The translations under genes and the position numbers were made by a program. Of a stretch of 64,000 nucleotides of DNA, positions 29,836-39,035 are shown one piece after another (position 1 is the first letter of the stretch; each line of letters opens with the position of its first letter). A model generated the notes under the pieces. That model was given only the letters and a program-made list of their open reading frames with translations, made no database searches and was not told the origin of the DNA. Origin of the DNA: Alphaproteobacteria bacterium (lineage in GTDB: Bacteria > Pseudomonadota > Alphaproteobacteria > UBA9219); contig JAMFSS010000002.1 in the NCBI GenBank assembly GCA_026225415.1, forward strand, positions 25,915 through 89,914, given 5' to 3'.

Positions 29836-30933
29836 ATGTCGAACTTTAAAACCGCCCTGACGCTCGCAGCCGCACCAGTCGCTCTGGCTTTTGCTTCTAC
29901 GGCAGCCCACGCTTGTAACTGTGACGCAAATGGCAATCCTTGGCCAACGGCACCTGCTGCATCAACGACCAACAATACCTATAACAACAACCAAAATAAT
30001 CCATACACAAGCTCAACTTCGCAAACGATCTCGAGCCAAGACCAAACACAACAAGCCATCTCGAACAGCAACTCGCAAGCAGGCGTCGCAAATAGCGGTA
30101 ACAACACATCGGAAGCCGGCGTTGCAAACAGCGGTAACAGCTCTTCCGAAGCAGGCGTTGCAAACAGTGGCAACAGCCAATCGCAATCGGGCGTAAGCAA
30201 CAGCGGCAACAGCAGCAGCAACGCCCAAGGCGGCGCAGGTGGCAGCAGCACATTGAAAGATGTCGGCAACGCCTCTTTGTCGAACAGCGGTAACAGCACC
30301 AACAAGCTGTCCAACACTCTTAGCAATAGCGGCAACAGCAGCAACACCAACAAGCTGACCGCAAATGGCGGCACCTCGTCGGTCGGCAACGTAACCGGCG
30401 GTACATCCAAAGCCACCGTTGGCAATGTCACGGGCGGCACTTCATCGGTTGGCACTGTTTCAACCGGCGCAAGCACATCGTCGTCCAACAACAATGGCGG
30501 TAACGTTACCTTTAACACGCCGCGCGTTGCCAATACGGCCATCGCTTCAACACCAAACGGCGCTTATGGCGTTTGCACGAATGTAAGCCGTGGTCTGGGC
30601 GCTCAGGTATTCATCTTTGGCGGCAGCCTCAGCGGCGGCTTGCACACAGACAAAGATTGCTTGGATCGTTTTCAATCTGGCCAAGCAAAAATCGCAGCCG
30701 TTGGCGCACGCGCCGATGTCACGATTGCTGAAATTGCCCGTCCCGAAGTTGGCGGTTGCTTTGCCACCAAGGCGGCTATCTTCCTGAACAGCGGCGTTTA
30801 TGACACCGCCGAAGAAGCCCGCAACGCAGCCAAGGCGGAATGTACGGCTTCGGGTCCTGTAGCCGCTGCTGCACCTCCTGCTCCAGCAGCTGTAGGTATT
30901 CAGGCATTGCCACAAAAGACGCCTGGCCTTTAA
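29836..30933 (+). CDS. Secreted Ser/Asn/Gly-rich repeat protein with a Cys-containing C-terminal domain
   Basis: GGAG RBS, signal peptide ending AHA, NSGN and GGTSSVGNVT repeats. Confidence 0.85.
   Translation: MSNFKTALTLAAAPVALAFASTAAHACNCDANGNPWPTAPAASTTNNTYNNNQNNPYTSSTSQTISSQDQTQQAISNSNSQAGVANSGNNTSEAGVANSGNSSSEAGVANSGNSQSQSGVSNSGNSSSNAQGGAGGSSTLKDVGNASLSNSGNSTNKLSNTLSNSGNSSNTNKLTANGGTSSVGNVTGGTSKATVGNVTGGTSSVGTVSTGASTSSSNNNGGNVTFNTPRVANTAIASTPNGAYGVCTNVSRGLGAQVFIFGGSLSGGLHTDKDCLDRFQSGQAKIAAVGARADVTIAEIARPEVGGCFATKAAIFLNSGVYDTAEEARNAAKAECTASGPVAAAAPPAPAAVGIQALPQKTPGL
30079..30222 (+). repeat. Coding tandem repeat, 4 x 36 bp
   Basis: AGVANSGNNTSE AGVANSGNSSSE AGVANSGNSQSQ SGVSNSGNSSSN. 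Confidence 0.85.
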
Positions 30934-30946
30934 TTAAGAAACCACG

Positions 30947-30973
30947 GAAGGGGTGGGTAATTTCCGCCCCTTC
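30947..30973 (+). terminator. Hairpin after the repeat-protein gene (weak U-tract)
   Basis: GAAGGGGTGG-loop-CCGCCCCTTC. Confidence 0.5.
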
Positions 30974-31023
30974 TAACGGTTGCTTAATGCTTTGATATTA
31001 TAATTCAATTTTTCAGAAAGCGT

Positions 31024-34000
31024 ATGTCGATGAACGCACGTTCTTTATCAGGAGCCTTGGCCGCTGTCCTCGTTGGTACCGCATCCTTCGGCGCGCAAGC
31101 TGAAATTGCCAAAACCCCCGCGCCCGCGCTTGTGGCCGCCAGCGCCGCATCGAACGATGTCGATTACGCGACAATGGTTGCCAAAGCTTATGGCGACACG
31201 ACCTATATCGTTCTCGATAAAAAAGATGCTCAGATTTATCTGTTCAATAACGGCAAAATGGTTTTGTCGGCACCCGCGTTGACCGGCGCTTCGACAGAAG
31301 ACCAGATATATGCTGATACCTATTACAAACCGCTTAAAGACATTACAGCCAAAGACAGTGTAACACCCGCTGGCCGCTATACGCTCAGCTATAGCCCCGC
31401 TAACCCAAAAAACAACCTTGGCCAAACACTCGATATCAATCAAGTATATGGTCTGGATTGGAAAATATCCATTCACGGCGTTTGGCTGGGCAACCCCGCG
31501 GAACATCGCGCCGAAAGATTGGCTTCGCATGATGCTGATCAATCCCATATCAGCCACATGTGCATCAATGTTTCCAAAGCAACATTGAACAATATTCTGG
31601 CGGTTGTCGGCCACACGCAGGCAACCCCCATTTATATTCTGCCTGAAAATCGCAGCATGACGCAAAGCTATATATATGCGCCTGCGGCGTCTTATGTTGC
31701 GCCAGTTGCAATCGCCAATCCAGCCTTGGCAGGCAAACAATCCATGGATTTTGTAACACCAACAACACGCACTGCAAAACCAAACTCTTCCCAAATCGCC
31801 GCGGAAATCGCCGCCGAACCTTTAAACGTCGCCGTCAGCGAACTGCAAAGCTACGCCAAAGTCATCCGCGCCGCCGCTTCGCACAACGACCTGTCTAACA
31901 TCGACCGCGTCGCCACGCTGAACTTCCGCGACAATCTGTATAGCGCGTATGCCTCGCGTAAAGACGCAACCGATCTTGACGGCGACGCCGCATGGGTTCT
32001 GAACCACGCGCAACAAATCGATCCAAAACTCACTTATGACTTCACCGACCTGAACACAGACGCAACCGTCACCGCACCGAAAGCGGCTCCAGCGGTTGCC
32101 CCCGTTACAATGCCTGCAAACCCGACCAGCAACATTGTTGTCGATTGGTCGAAAGTCAAAATCGGCGCACCAATGACAGCGAACAGCCCAATCGTTATCG
32201 ACTGGGCAAAGGTCAAGACCGCGCCACAAACAACCGCAACGACAATTGCCAAACCATCCGCGCCCGTGGCCTCACCTGTCATCGCTTATGACACAACGGG
32301 CTTTAACAACGCTCCCCTCACAACGTCGCATACGGCACCAACGGCAGTTGCCCAGACACCAAAAACCACACCCGGCAATTTCAAAAATCTTTTTGTTGCT
32401 ATGGGCACGAACGCGCCTGTGAAACAAACCGTTGCCAACTCTTTTGGCCCTTATGAAACACCGGCTCCTATCCCCGCGCCTGCCGCAGTTGTGGCTGTGC
32501 CTGTGGCAACCCCTGCGCCTAAAAAACTGGTCGCCGCCCCCATCGTCACCAACGAAGCAGACGACAACACAACCGAAGACACCAACGCAAACGCACAGCA
32601 AATCGCCCTAGTAAATCTGGCTGATAAAGAAGCCAAGATCGCCGGTACATTCGCCGCCAAAGCGAAACAAGATGCCGACACAGCCCAAAAATTCGCTTCG
32701 CAAGCCGTGAATGAAGCCAACATCGCCCAAATGGCCGCCGCGCATGACCGCGCAGTAGCCGCCGATATGCAAAATGTAACCATACAGCGCGAAGAAGCCG
32801 GTTTGGTTCTTTTCCCAATCCTCGCTTTTGCCGCGCTTGCAGGTGCCGCCGCCTTGATTAGCAACCGCCGCCGTAACACGCCAAGCAGCAATGTGGAAGT
32901 CACCAACAATGAAGATGGCAGCCAAACAACAAAATATGAAAGAAACCAACCACCCGTTGGCGAAGAAACTACCGTGGCATCAGAAACCGCTATGGATCCA
33001 TCGGCTGCAGATTTGCACCCGGAAGCCATCGCCGCTTTGAAAAATCCTATCATCGCCGCAACTGCAGGCGGAACACATGGCTTTGCTGCTATGCCGCACT
33101 TCATGAAAGAATGGTTTGCGAAAAACAAACCCGCGCTTGATCTGGCAGATTTTCCGGAAGTAAAAGACGACAATCATGCCGCCACTGGCGTTATGGGCGT
33201 GGCTGGCCTTGCTGTTATCGGATTGGCCGCTTCACATCATGCGGTTTCCTCTGCATCGCATATGGGGTTGATGTCTGTCGGCGCTTTTGGCGCCTTCCTT
33301 TCCGTGGCACTCAACCCGTTTGCTGCCAAGCAATGGACGGCACCTGTATTCCACGAAGAACGATTTGTGCCATACGGCCATATCAATCGCTTTAAGAACT
33401 CTTCACAGCCAGAAATTTTTGTCGCAAGAGATTATGGCAAATACAGAGGCTTATCATTTCAAGCCCAAGGCGAGTTGGAGAGAATGCTCAACGCCAACCC
33501 ATCAAAAAATATCGCTGCGCTGGCAAATGATATGTGGGGCAAGATAATCAAGGCCGACTGGAAAGCCGCCGCAACCGAAATGGGCGTCAGCATGGCTGTC
33601 GGCGCAGTCGTCAAAGTCACGCTCGGCACCGCTGCTGTCGCTCTTGTCGGCGCGCCGTTTGGTGCCGCAATTGCTTTGGGTGCTGTCTCTGCCGTTGGCG
33701 CGCGTCTTGTTACCAACGCTCTGCGCAACCGCAACCGCGCCGAAGAAGACAAAATCACAATGACAGCCAAAGACTTTGTTAAGTCTGCGGCCATCGGCGC
33801 CCTGTTCGGCGGTATCGGTTATGGCATCATGAACCATTTCTCTCATACTGCCGCTGCTGCACCAACACATCAAGCCCCTGTGCATCATAACGCACCTGCC
33901 GCTGCTTCGGCTCCTGCGCAACCGCATGTCACAAATGTTGCTGGCCACCAATTCGCCGACAGCGCCCTGCCACAAAACTTCGCGCAAATGACCACGCATC

Positions 34001-34197
34001 AACAAATGCAAAGTCTGACCGAAGCCGGCACCAAACTGGCGCACACAGGCAATTTTGAAGCGGCCAAGAACTTCTTTGGCGCGGCGCATGAAGTCGGCGT
34101 GAACAAGGGCATTTCGGCCACATCCTATTGGGCGCAACGTTCGGCCAAGGATTTGGCCTTCGTGACCAGCAAGCTTGCGTCGCTTAAGGCAGGCTAA
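31024..34197 (+). CDS. 1057-aa protein: signal peptide, L,D-transpeptidase (YkuD)-like domain, Ala/Pro/Thr linker, TM segments
   Basis: IVLDKKDAQIYLF...PALTG...TPAGRY...SIHGVW...ISHMCINV; TM helix LVLFPILAFAALAGAAALI followed by SNRRR. Confidence 0.8.
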   Translation: MSMNARSLSGALAAVLVGTASFGAQAEIAKTPAPALVAASAASNDVDYATMVAKAYGDTTYIVLDKKDAQIYLFNNGKMVLSAPALTGASTEDQIYADTYYKPLKDITAKDSVTPAGRYTLSYSPANPKNNLGQTLDINQVYGLDWKISIHGVWLGNPAEHRAERLASHDADQSHISHMCINVSKATLNNILAVVGHTQATPIYILPENRSMTQSYIYAPAASYVAPVAIANPALAGKQSMDFVTPTTRTAKPNSSQIAAEIAAEPLNVAVSELQSYAKVIRAAASHNDLSNIDRVATLNFRDNLYSAYASRKDATDLDGDAAWVLNHAQQIDPKLTYDFTDLNTDATVTAPKAAPAVAPVTMPANPTSNIVVDWSKVKIGAPMTANSPIVIDWAKVKTAPQTTATTIAKPSAPVASPVIAYDTTGFNNAPLTTSHTAPTAVAQTPKTTPGNFKNLFVAMGTNAPVKQTVANSFGPYETPAPIPAPAAVVAVPVATPAPKKLVAAPIVTNEADDNTTEDTNANAQQIALVNLADKEAKIAGTFAAKAKQDADTAQKFASQAVNEANIAQMAAAHDRAVAADMQNVTIQREEAGLVLFPILAFAALAGAAALISNRRRNTPSSNVEVTNNEDGSQTTKYERNQPPVGEETTVASETAMDPSAADLHPEAIAALKNPIIAATAGGTHGFAAMPHFMKEWFAKNKPALDLADFPEVKDDNHAATGVMGVAGLAVIGLAASHHAVSSASHMGLMSVGAFGAFLSVALNPFAAKQWTAPVFHEERFVPYGHINRFKNSSQPEIFVARDYGKYRGLSFQAQGELERMLNANPSKNIAALANDMWGKIIKADWKAAATEMGVSMAVGAVVKVTLGTAAVALVGAPFGAAIALGAVSAVGARLVTNALRNRNRAEEDKITMTAKDFVKSAAIGALFGGIGYGIMNHFSHTAAAAPTHQAPVHHNAPAAASAPAQPHVTNVAGHQFADSALPQNFAQMTTHQQMQSLTEAGTKLAHTGNFEAAKNFFGAAHEVGVNKGISATSYWAQRSAKDLAFVTSKLASLKAG

Positions 34198-34200
34198 CCC

Positions 34201-34689
34201 CTACCGGTTCTTCTCGCGCATAATCCGCGCCTTGTCGCGTTTCCAATCGCGGTCTTTGATGGCTTCGCGCTTGTCCTGTTTCTGCTTGCCCTTGGCCAAA
34301 CCCAATTCAATCTTGGCAATGCCGCGCTTGTTGAAATAAATGCCTAACGGCACCAAAGTCGCGCCTTCGCGTTTCACCGCGCCCAACAATTTATCAATCT
34401 GCCTTTTATGCAGTAACAATTGCCGCGGTCGCCGCGTTTCATGCTGTAAATGCGCGCCCGCCTGATTATATTCGGGGATATAACAATTGATCAGAAAAAT
34501 GCCGCCCTCTTTCGGAATGGCAAAAGATTCCTGAATGCTCGCCTGACCGGTGCGCAAAGATTTCACCTCGGTGCCGGACAGGATGATTCCCGCCTCGACC
34601 GTGTCGGTAATGGTGAAATCATGCCTCGCCTTCCGGTTGAGAGAGACATATTTCTGCGCCAATGCGCGTTCTTCGGCCTTTGTTGTCAT
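34201..34689 (-). CDS. smpB: SsrA-binding protein
   Basis: [33 protein letters not shown]. Confidence 0.97.
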   Translation of the reverse strand: MTTKAEERALAQKYVSLNRKARHDFTITDTVEAGIILSGTEVKSLRTGQASIQESFAIPKEGGIFLINCYIPEYNQAGAHLQHETRRPRQLLLHKRQIDKLLGAVKREGATLVPLGIYFNKRGIAKIELGLAKGKQKQDKREAIKDRDWKRDKARIMREKNR

Positions 34690-34749
34690 GCGGGCAATTT
34701 AACCGACACAAGGGTTTGCGTCTACGCATGAATCTGATAGCAAGAGGGT

Positions 34750-36693
34750 ATGTTTCGCCCCGCCCTTATCCTCCTCTTGTTGCTTTTCACCCTGCCCGCC
34801 TTCGCCAAACAGGCAAAGGTCGAAAGCCAGGCCGCCTATTATCACCGCGCCTTTACCGCAGTGGCCGATAACAACGCCGCACAGGTCGAAAGCTTTGCCC
34901 AACATGGCGGTGACCCCGTCCTTAACAAAGTGCTGCGCGGCTATGCCATGGCCTTGCCCGGTAATGATTACAGCTTTGAAGAACTCAACGGCTTTATCGC
35001 CAACAACCCCGCATGGCCGGGTCTGCGCGGCATCCAGATGATCGCCGAACAAAAACTGCCCGGCGCGGCGCCGCCCGCGCAAATCGCCGCGTGGTTCAAA
35101 GCCCGCCCGCCTATCAGCCTTGCCGGATTTTACCGTTCGATCGACGCGCTTAATCAAACCGGCCAAACGCAGGCCGCACAAGACGCCATCACCGCCCGCT
35201 GGATCAATAATGATTTTTCGGGCGACGAACAAACATCATACTATTCCCGTTTCAGCAACTTGCTTGATAACGACGCGATGTGGTCGCGCATGGACAGGCT
35301 GTTATGGAAAAACGACATAGCCGAAGCCGAACGTATGATGCCCTATGTTAATGCCTCTGACAAAGCAGTGGCCGAAGCCCGCCTCGCCTTCGCCTCGCAA
35401 AGCGGCAACGCCGAAAATATCATGATGCGAGTTCCCAGCGATGCGCGGGACGACAGTGGATTATTATACCAACGCCTGCGCTGGCGCGTGAAAAACAACC
35501 GTGATGACGAAGCCGATGACATCTTGCTTCACGCGCCATCCGATCTGGGCGACGGCGAAGCGTGGTGGGATCAACGGCAAATTATGGTGCGCCGCGCGAT
35601 CGCCCAACGTGATTACAATTTGGCCTATCGCCTTGCCGCCAATCACGGCCAGACAAAATCCAAAACTTTGACGCAAGGCGAATTTCTGGCGGGCTGGCTT
35701 GCGCTGCGTTTCCTCGACAGGCCGGATGATGCCCGCCAACATTTCCAATCATTGTATGACAATGCCACAACGCCCGTTACCCGCGCGCGCGGCGCCTATT
35801 GGCTGGGGCGTTGCTACGAAGTGCTGGGCGACAAAGCCTCCGCCGAACAATCTTATGAAGACGCGGCTGTGTTCAACACCACATTTTATGGACAGCTTGC
35901 CACCACGCGTCTTTATGCCGCGCCCGTGTTAACGGCCAAAAACGATCCGCCCCTGCCCGCCAATATCCGCAATGCCTTTATGGCGCGGGATAATATCCGC
36001 GCGATTTTACGGCTTAACGAAATCGGCGAACGCGACCGCGCCCAAACATTTTTCCACGCCGCCTCCGAAGCCGCCGCGCAACGCGCCGAATTTATCATGC
36101 TGGCCGAAACCGCCACACGCATTGGACGCCCCGATCTGGGCATTTCGGCGGTCAAAGCCGCCAACCAAAAAAACATGATTGTCGAAAACGGCGCCTTCCC
36201 CGTCCTTACCATCCACGCGCCCTCACCGCCCGAACCCGCCTTCACCCACGCGCTTATCCGGCAGGAAAGCATGTTCAATGTTGGCGCATCCAGCGGGGTC
36301 GGCGCGCGCGGCCTGATGCAATTGATGCCCGGAACCGCCCGCGATACCGCCCGCAAGGAAGGTATGCGCTACAGCGAAAGCGCATTGAACGATCCCGCAT
36401 ATAATCTGAAACTCGGCACATCCTTTGTTCAGGAACAAATCGACCATTTCAACGGCTCCTACATCCTCGCGCTGGCGGGATATAACGCCGGCCCCGGGCG
36501 CGTGCGCGAATGGATCAACCAATATGGCGACCCCCGCACCGGCGATATCGACCCCATCGACTGGATCGAATTGATCCCGATACAGGAAACCCGGAACTAT
36601 GTTCAACGCATCATCGAAAGCCTGCAAATGTACCGCGCCAAGCTCGCGGGTGGACAGTCAAATCTGTTAATTATCAATGATTTAAAGAGATAA
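34750..36693 (+). CDS. Slt70-like soluble lytic transglycosylase
   Basis: Signal peptide, helical repeats, IRQES, GLMQLMP, GYNAGP, ETRNYV. Confidence 0.93.
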   Translation: MFRPALILLLLLFTLPAFAKQAKVESQAAYYHRAFTAVADNNAAQVESFAQHGGDPVLNKVLRGYAMALPGNDYSFEELNGFIANNPAWPGLRGIQMIAEQKLPGAAPPAQIAAWFKARPPISLAGFYRSIDALNQTGQTQAAQDAITARWINNDFSGDEQTSYYSRFSNLLDNDAMWSRMDRLLWKNDIAEAERMMPYVNASDKAVAEARLAFASQSGNAENIMMRVPSDARDDSGLLYQRLRWRVKNNRDDEADDILLHAPSDLGDGEAWWDQRQIMVRRAIAQRDYNLAYRLAANHGQTKSKTLTQGEFLAGWLALRFLDRPDDARQHFQSLYDNATTPVTRARGAYWLGRCYEVLGDKASAEQSYEDAAVFNTTFYGQLATTRLYAAPVLTAKNDPPLPANIRNAFMARDNIRAILRLNEIGERDRAQTFFHAASEAAAQRAEFIMLAETATRIGRPDLGISAVKAANQKNMIVENGAFPVLTIHAPSPPEPAFTHALIRQESMFNVGASSGVGARGLMQLMPGTARDTARKEGMRYSESALNDPAYNLKLGTSFVQEQIDHFNGSYILALAGYNAGPGRVREWINQYGDPRTGDIDPIDWIELIPIQETRNYVQRIIESLQMYRAKLAGGQSNLLIINDLKR

Positions 36694-36760
36694 CTTAAGG
36701 CACCTAGCCTTTGCCGTTTAGATTTGCTAACCTGCGGCCATTCCCAAAGCAGGAGCTTTC

Positions 36761-37084
36761 ATGCCTCAAGAATGGATATATCTTTTAACCGCGACCATCT
36801 GTATGTGCGCGGGCGTTTCTGTCTTTGTCGCTGTCGTCTGGCTGCGCAAACTTCGTGAAACGGTTGCCTCGGCGCTCAGCGAAGCGGCGGGTCAGCAAAT
36901 TAAAACGGCGCAACGCATGGGCGAGTCGATAGCCCAGCTGCAGAAACAGCAAGACGGCTACACGCACCAAATCAATGTTCTGGCGCAGGCGGGCATCCGT
37001 TTGCAGCAAGAGCTGTCAAGCGTCAGCAACCGCCTTGAAAACGCGCAGGTCGAAAGCCCGCGCGGCACCAACACGCTGCATTAA
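36761..37084 (+). CDS. Membrane-anchored coiled-coil hypothetical protein
   Basis: AGGAG RBS, N-terminal TM helix, Gln-rich heptads. Confidence 0.75.
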   Translation: MPQEWIYLLTATICMCAGVSVFVAVVWLRKLRETVASALSEAAGQQIKTAQRMGESIAQLQKQQDGYTHQINVLAQAGIRLQQELSSVSNRLENAQVESPRGTNTLH

Positions 37085-37141
37085 TCCCGTATCTGGGATC
37101 CAGCTTTTTATCTTTATACACAAGAAAGTTGAGAATGGATT

Positions 37142-37225
37142 TTCTCTCCCCTTGGGGGAGGAAGCAAAAAACTTAGGCTTACGCTCTTGAGGCGTAAGTC
37201 TTAGTTTTTGCAGGTGAGGGGTAAC
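37142..37225 (+). repeat. Intergenic palindromic repeat, copy D
   Basis: CTCTCCCCTTGGGGGAGGAA-GCAAAAAACTTAGGCTTACGC-TCTTGAG-GCGTAAGTCTTAGTTTTTGC-AGGTGAGGGGTAAC. Confidence 0.9.
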
Positions 37226-37244
37226 GCAATACGAGCGGAAGAAA

Positions 37245-37799
37245 TCACGACCGACGCGCAATGCGCTCGATTTCCTTCTGAACCAGCTTCTCGACAATGG
37301 ATGTTAAATTCTGATCCATCCATTCTTTCAACAATGGCCGCATCAATTCCAACGCCATATCTTCCAATGTGCGATGGCCATTGCCAATCATTGTGGCCGT
37401 GACAGGCGAGGATGAAAGCCGTTCAATCTCGACCGTGTTGGCCAGGGATGACAATTTCGATGAAGCCTTGCTGGCGACAGCGTCCGAAACCAAAGCTTCG
37501 CCGGAAATAACCGGCGCGGCCACAGGTGCCGCTACGGGCATAGGCGCAGGCTCGACAGCCGCAATATCGGTAACGCTGCCATCTTCTTCGACCATTTGCG
37601 TAAGCTCCAAAACATCTTCGGCGGGGGCTGGCTCGGGGGCGCTGGCTATCGGTTCTGGTGCCACAGACGCGGCTTCGGGTTCGGCTGCCACAACTGCCGC
37701 TTCTTCCTCTGGCTTCTCGTCCGAAATAATCTTGCGGATCGAAGCAAGGATCTCCTCCATCGAGGGATCGGCGGCGGCAGCCTGAGTTTCTTCAGCCAT
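37245..37799 (-). CDS. popZ: Pole-organizing protein PopZ (DUF2497)
   Basis: DPSMEEILASIRKIIS, acidic Pro-rich linker, TLEDMALELMRPLLKEWMDQNL...EIERIARR. Confidence 0.93.
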   Translation of the reverse strand: MAEETQAAAADPSMEEILASIRKIISDEKPEEEAAVVAAEPEAASVAPEPIASAPEPAPAEDVLELTQMVEEDGSVTDIAAVEPAPMPVAAPVAAPVISGEALVSDAVASKASSKLSSLANTVEIERLSSSPVTATMIGNGHRTLEDMALELMRPLLKEWMDQNLTSIVEKLVQKEIERIARRS

Positions 37800-37952
37800 T
37801 TGTTTCTCTCAAACTTTTGTTTTCTCAAACTTTTGTTTTTTCAAACCGGGACAGGTCGAATCATCGGAACTTATAACCGTTAAAGTCTATCGGTTTTTCA
37901 CAGCCTTGCAACTATATAAGACTGGAATAAGACCAAATCTGTCATGTGATAT

Positions 37953-38072
37953 TCCTTCCCCCCTTGATGGCGCGGAGTCCCAATTGCTGAAGAAATTGCA
38001 CGTGCAGTTCCGCGGGAAGCAAAAACTTAGGCTTGCCCTTCTTGGCAAGTCTTAGTTTTTGCAGGTGGGGGG
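37953..38072 (+). repeat. Intergenic palindromic repeat, copy E, with a 44-bp insert at 37971-38014
   Basis: Central hairpin matches copy A; first hairpin CCTTCCCCCC-TTGAT-GG|GGAAG is split by the insert. Confidence 0.88.
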
Positions 38073-38086
38073 CGTCTTCAAGTATC

Positions 38087-38794
38087 CTAAAACTCAAACC
38101 CAACCGGCCCCACAAACCCCGGCGCGGGCGCAACTGCCGCATCAAACAACGAAACCCACGCAATCTCGCCTTTGGTCTTGCGGTAAAGTCGCGCCTGCCC
38201 CGTATGGGCAAATCGTGCCGCATCATGGCCGCGCATCACGGCAACCAAACGCCCGCCTTCGGCCAGCTGGCTAAACAAAATCTCCGGCAAAAATTCAACG
38301 CTGCCATTCACCAAAATCGCGTCAAACGGCGCATCCACGCCGCACCCTTCCACAGGCGCACCGGCGCGAATAGTTGCCTTGCCCCCGGCATATTTTGCCA
38401 TATTGCCTTCGGCTTCCTGCAACAACAACGAATCCGGCTCCACCCCAACAACCTTATCGGCCAAACCCGCCAGAACCAATGTCGAATATCCGGTGGCGCA
38501 AGCCAGATCCAACACGCGGTCGGTCGGTTTGATATCCAACGCCTGAATCAATTTTGCCAAAACCATCGGCTGCATCAAAGACCGGCCGGATATCAGCGGG
38601 ATATTTTCATCCAGATAGGCAACACCAACCAAGGTGGAAGGCACAAAAACTTCGCGCGGTGCGGCGGCAAGGGCGGCGATCAATCGAGGCTCCTTCACAC
38701 CATTGGGGCGCAACTGGCTCTCAACCATATTGGCACGCGCAACGCTGTAATCAGGGCTGGGTGTTTGGATTTGGGCGGCAGAGGAAGCGGGCAT
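38087..38794 (-). CDS. pcm: Protein-L-isoaspartate O-methyltransferase family
   Basis: ARANMVESQLRPNGV, PREVFVP, VLDLACATGYS, APFDAI, QLAEGGRLV. Confidence 0.92.
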   Translation of the reverse strand: MPASSAAQIQTPSPDYSVARANMVESQLRPNGVKEPRLIAALAAAPREVFVPSTLVGVAYLDENIPLISGRSLMQPMVLAKLIQALDIKPTDRVLDLACATGYSTLVLAGLADKVVGVEPDSLLLQEAEGNMAKYAGGKATIRAGAPVEGCGVDAPFDAILVNGSVEFLPEILFSQLAEGGRLVAVMRGHDAARFAHTGQARLYRKTKGEIAWVSLFDAAVAPAPGFVGPVGFEF

Positions 38795-38886
38795 AATAAA
38801 CCTCAAGATAATGTGGTTAATACCCTATACGCGCTTGACCTCGGCATCTCAAGAACCTAATCTCCCCCGACTTCCAAGATTGGAAT

Positions 38887-38960
38887 GGCGCGGTGGCAGA
38901 ATGGCTATGTAGTGGACTGCAAATCCTCGTATGCCGGTTCGATTCCGGCCCGTGCCTCCA
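38887..38960 (+). tRNA. tRNA-Cys(GCA)
   Basis: GGCGCGG acceptor arm, CTGCAAA anticodon loop, GGTTCGATTCC, ends TCCA; TTGACC-17-TAATCT upstream. Confidence 0.95.
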
Positions 38961-39035
38961 TTTACAGGATTGCCTTTAACCGTGATTGCGGCATAGGGTT
39001 ATTATCTCGGATATTCATTTTGAAGGAGGTAATTC

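Noticed and set aside
34150-34750. tmRNA next to smpB
   Set aside because: No intergenic space and no tRNA-like ends
37085-37141. Degenerate REP remnant (ATCCCG..TGGGATCCAG...TGGATT) beside copy D
   Set aside because: Too decayed to call separately
5442-38072. Palindromic repeats as a CRISPR array
   Set aside because: Copies are dispersed singly, with no regular spacers and no cas genes
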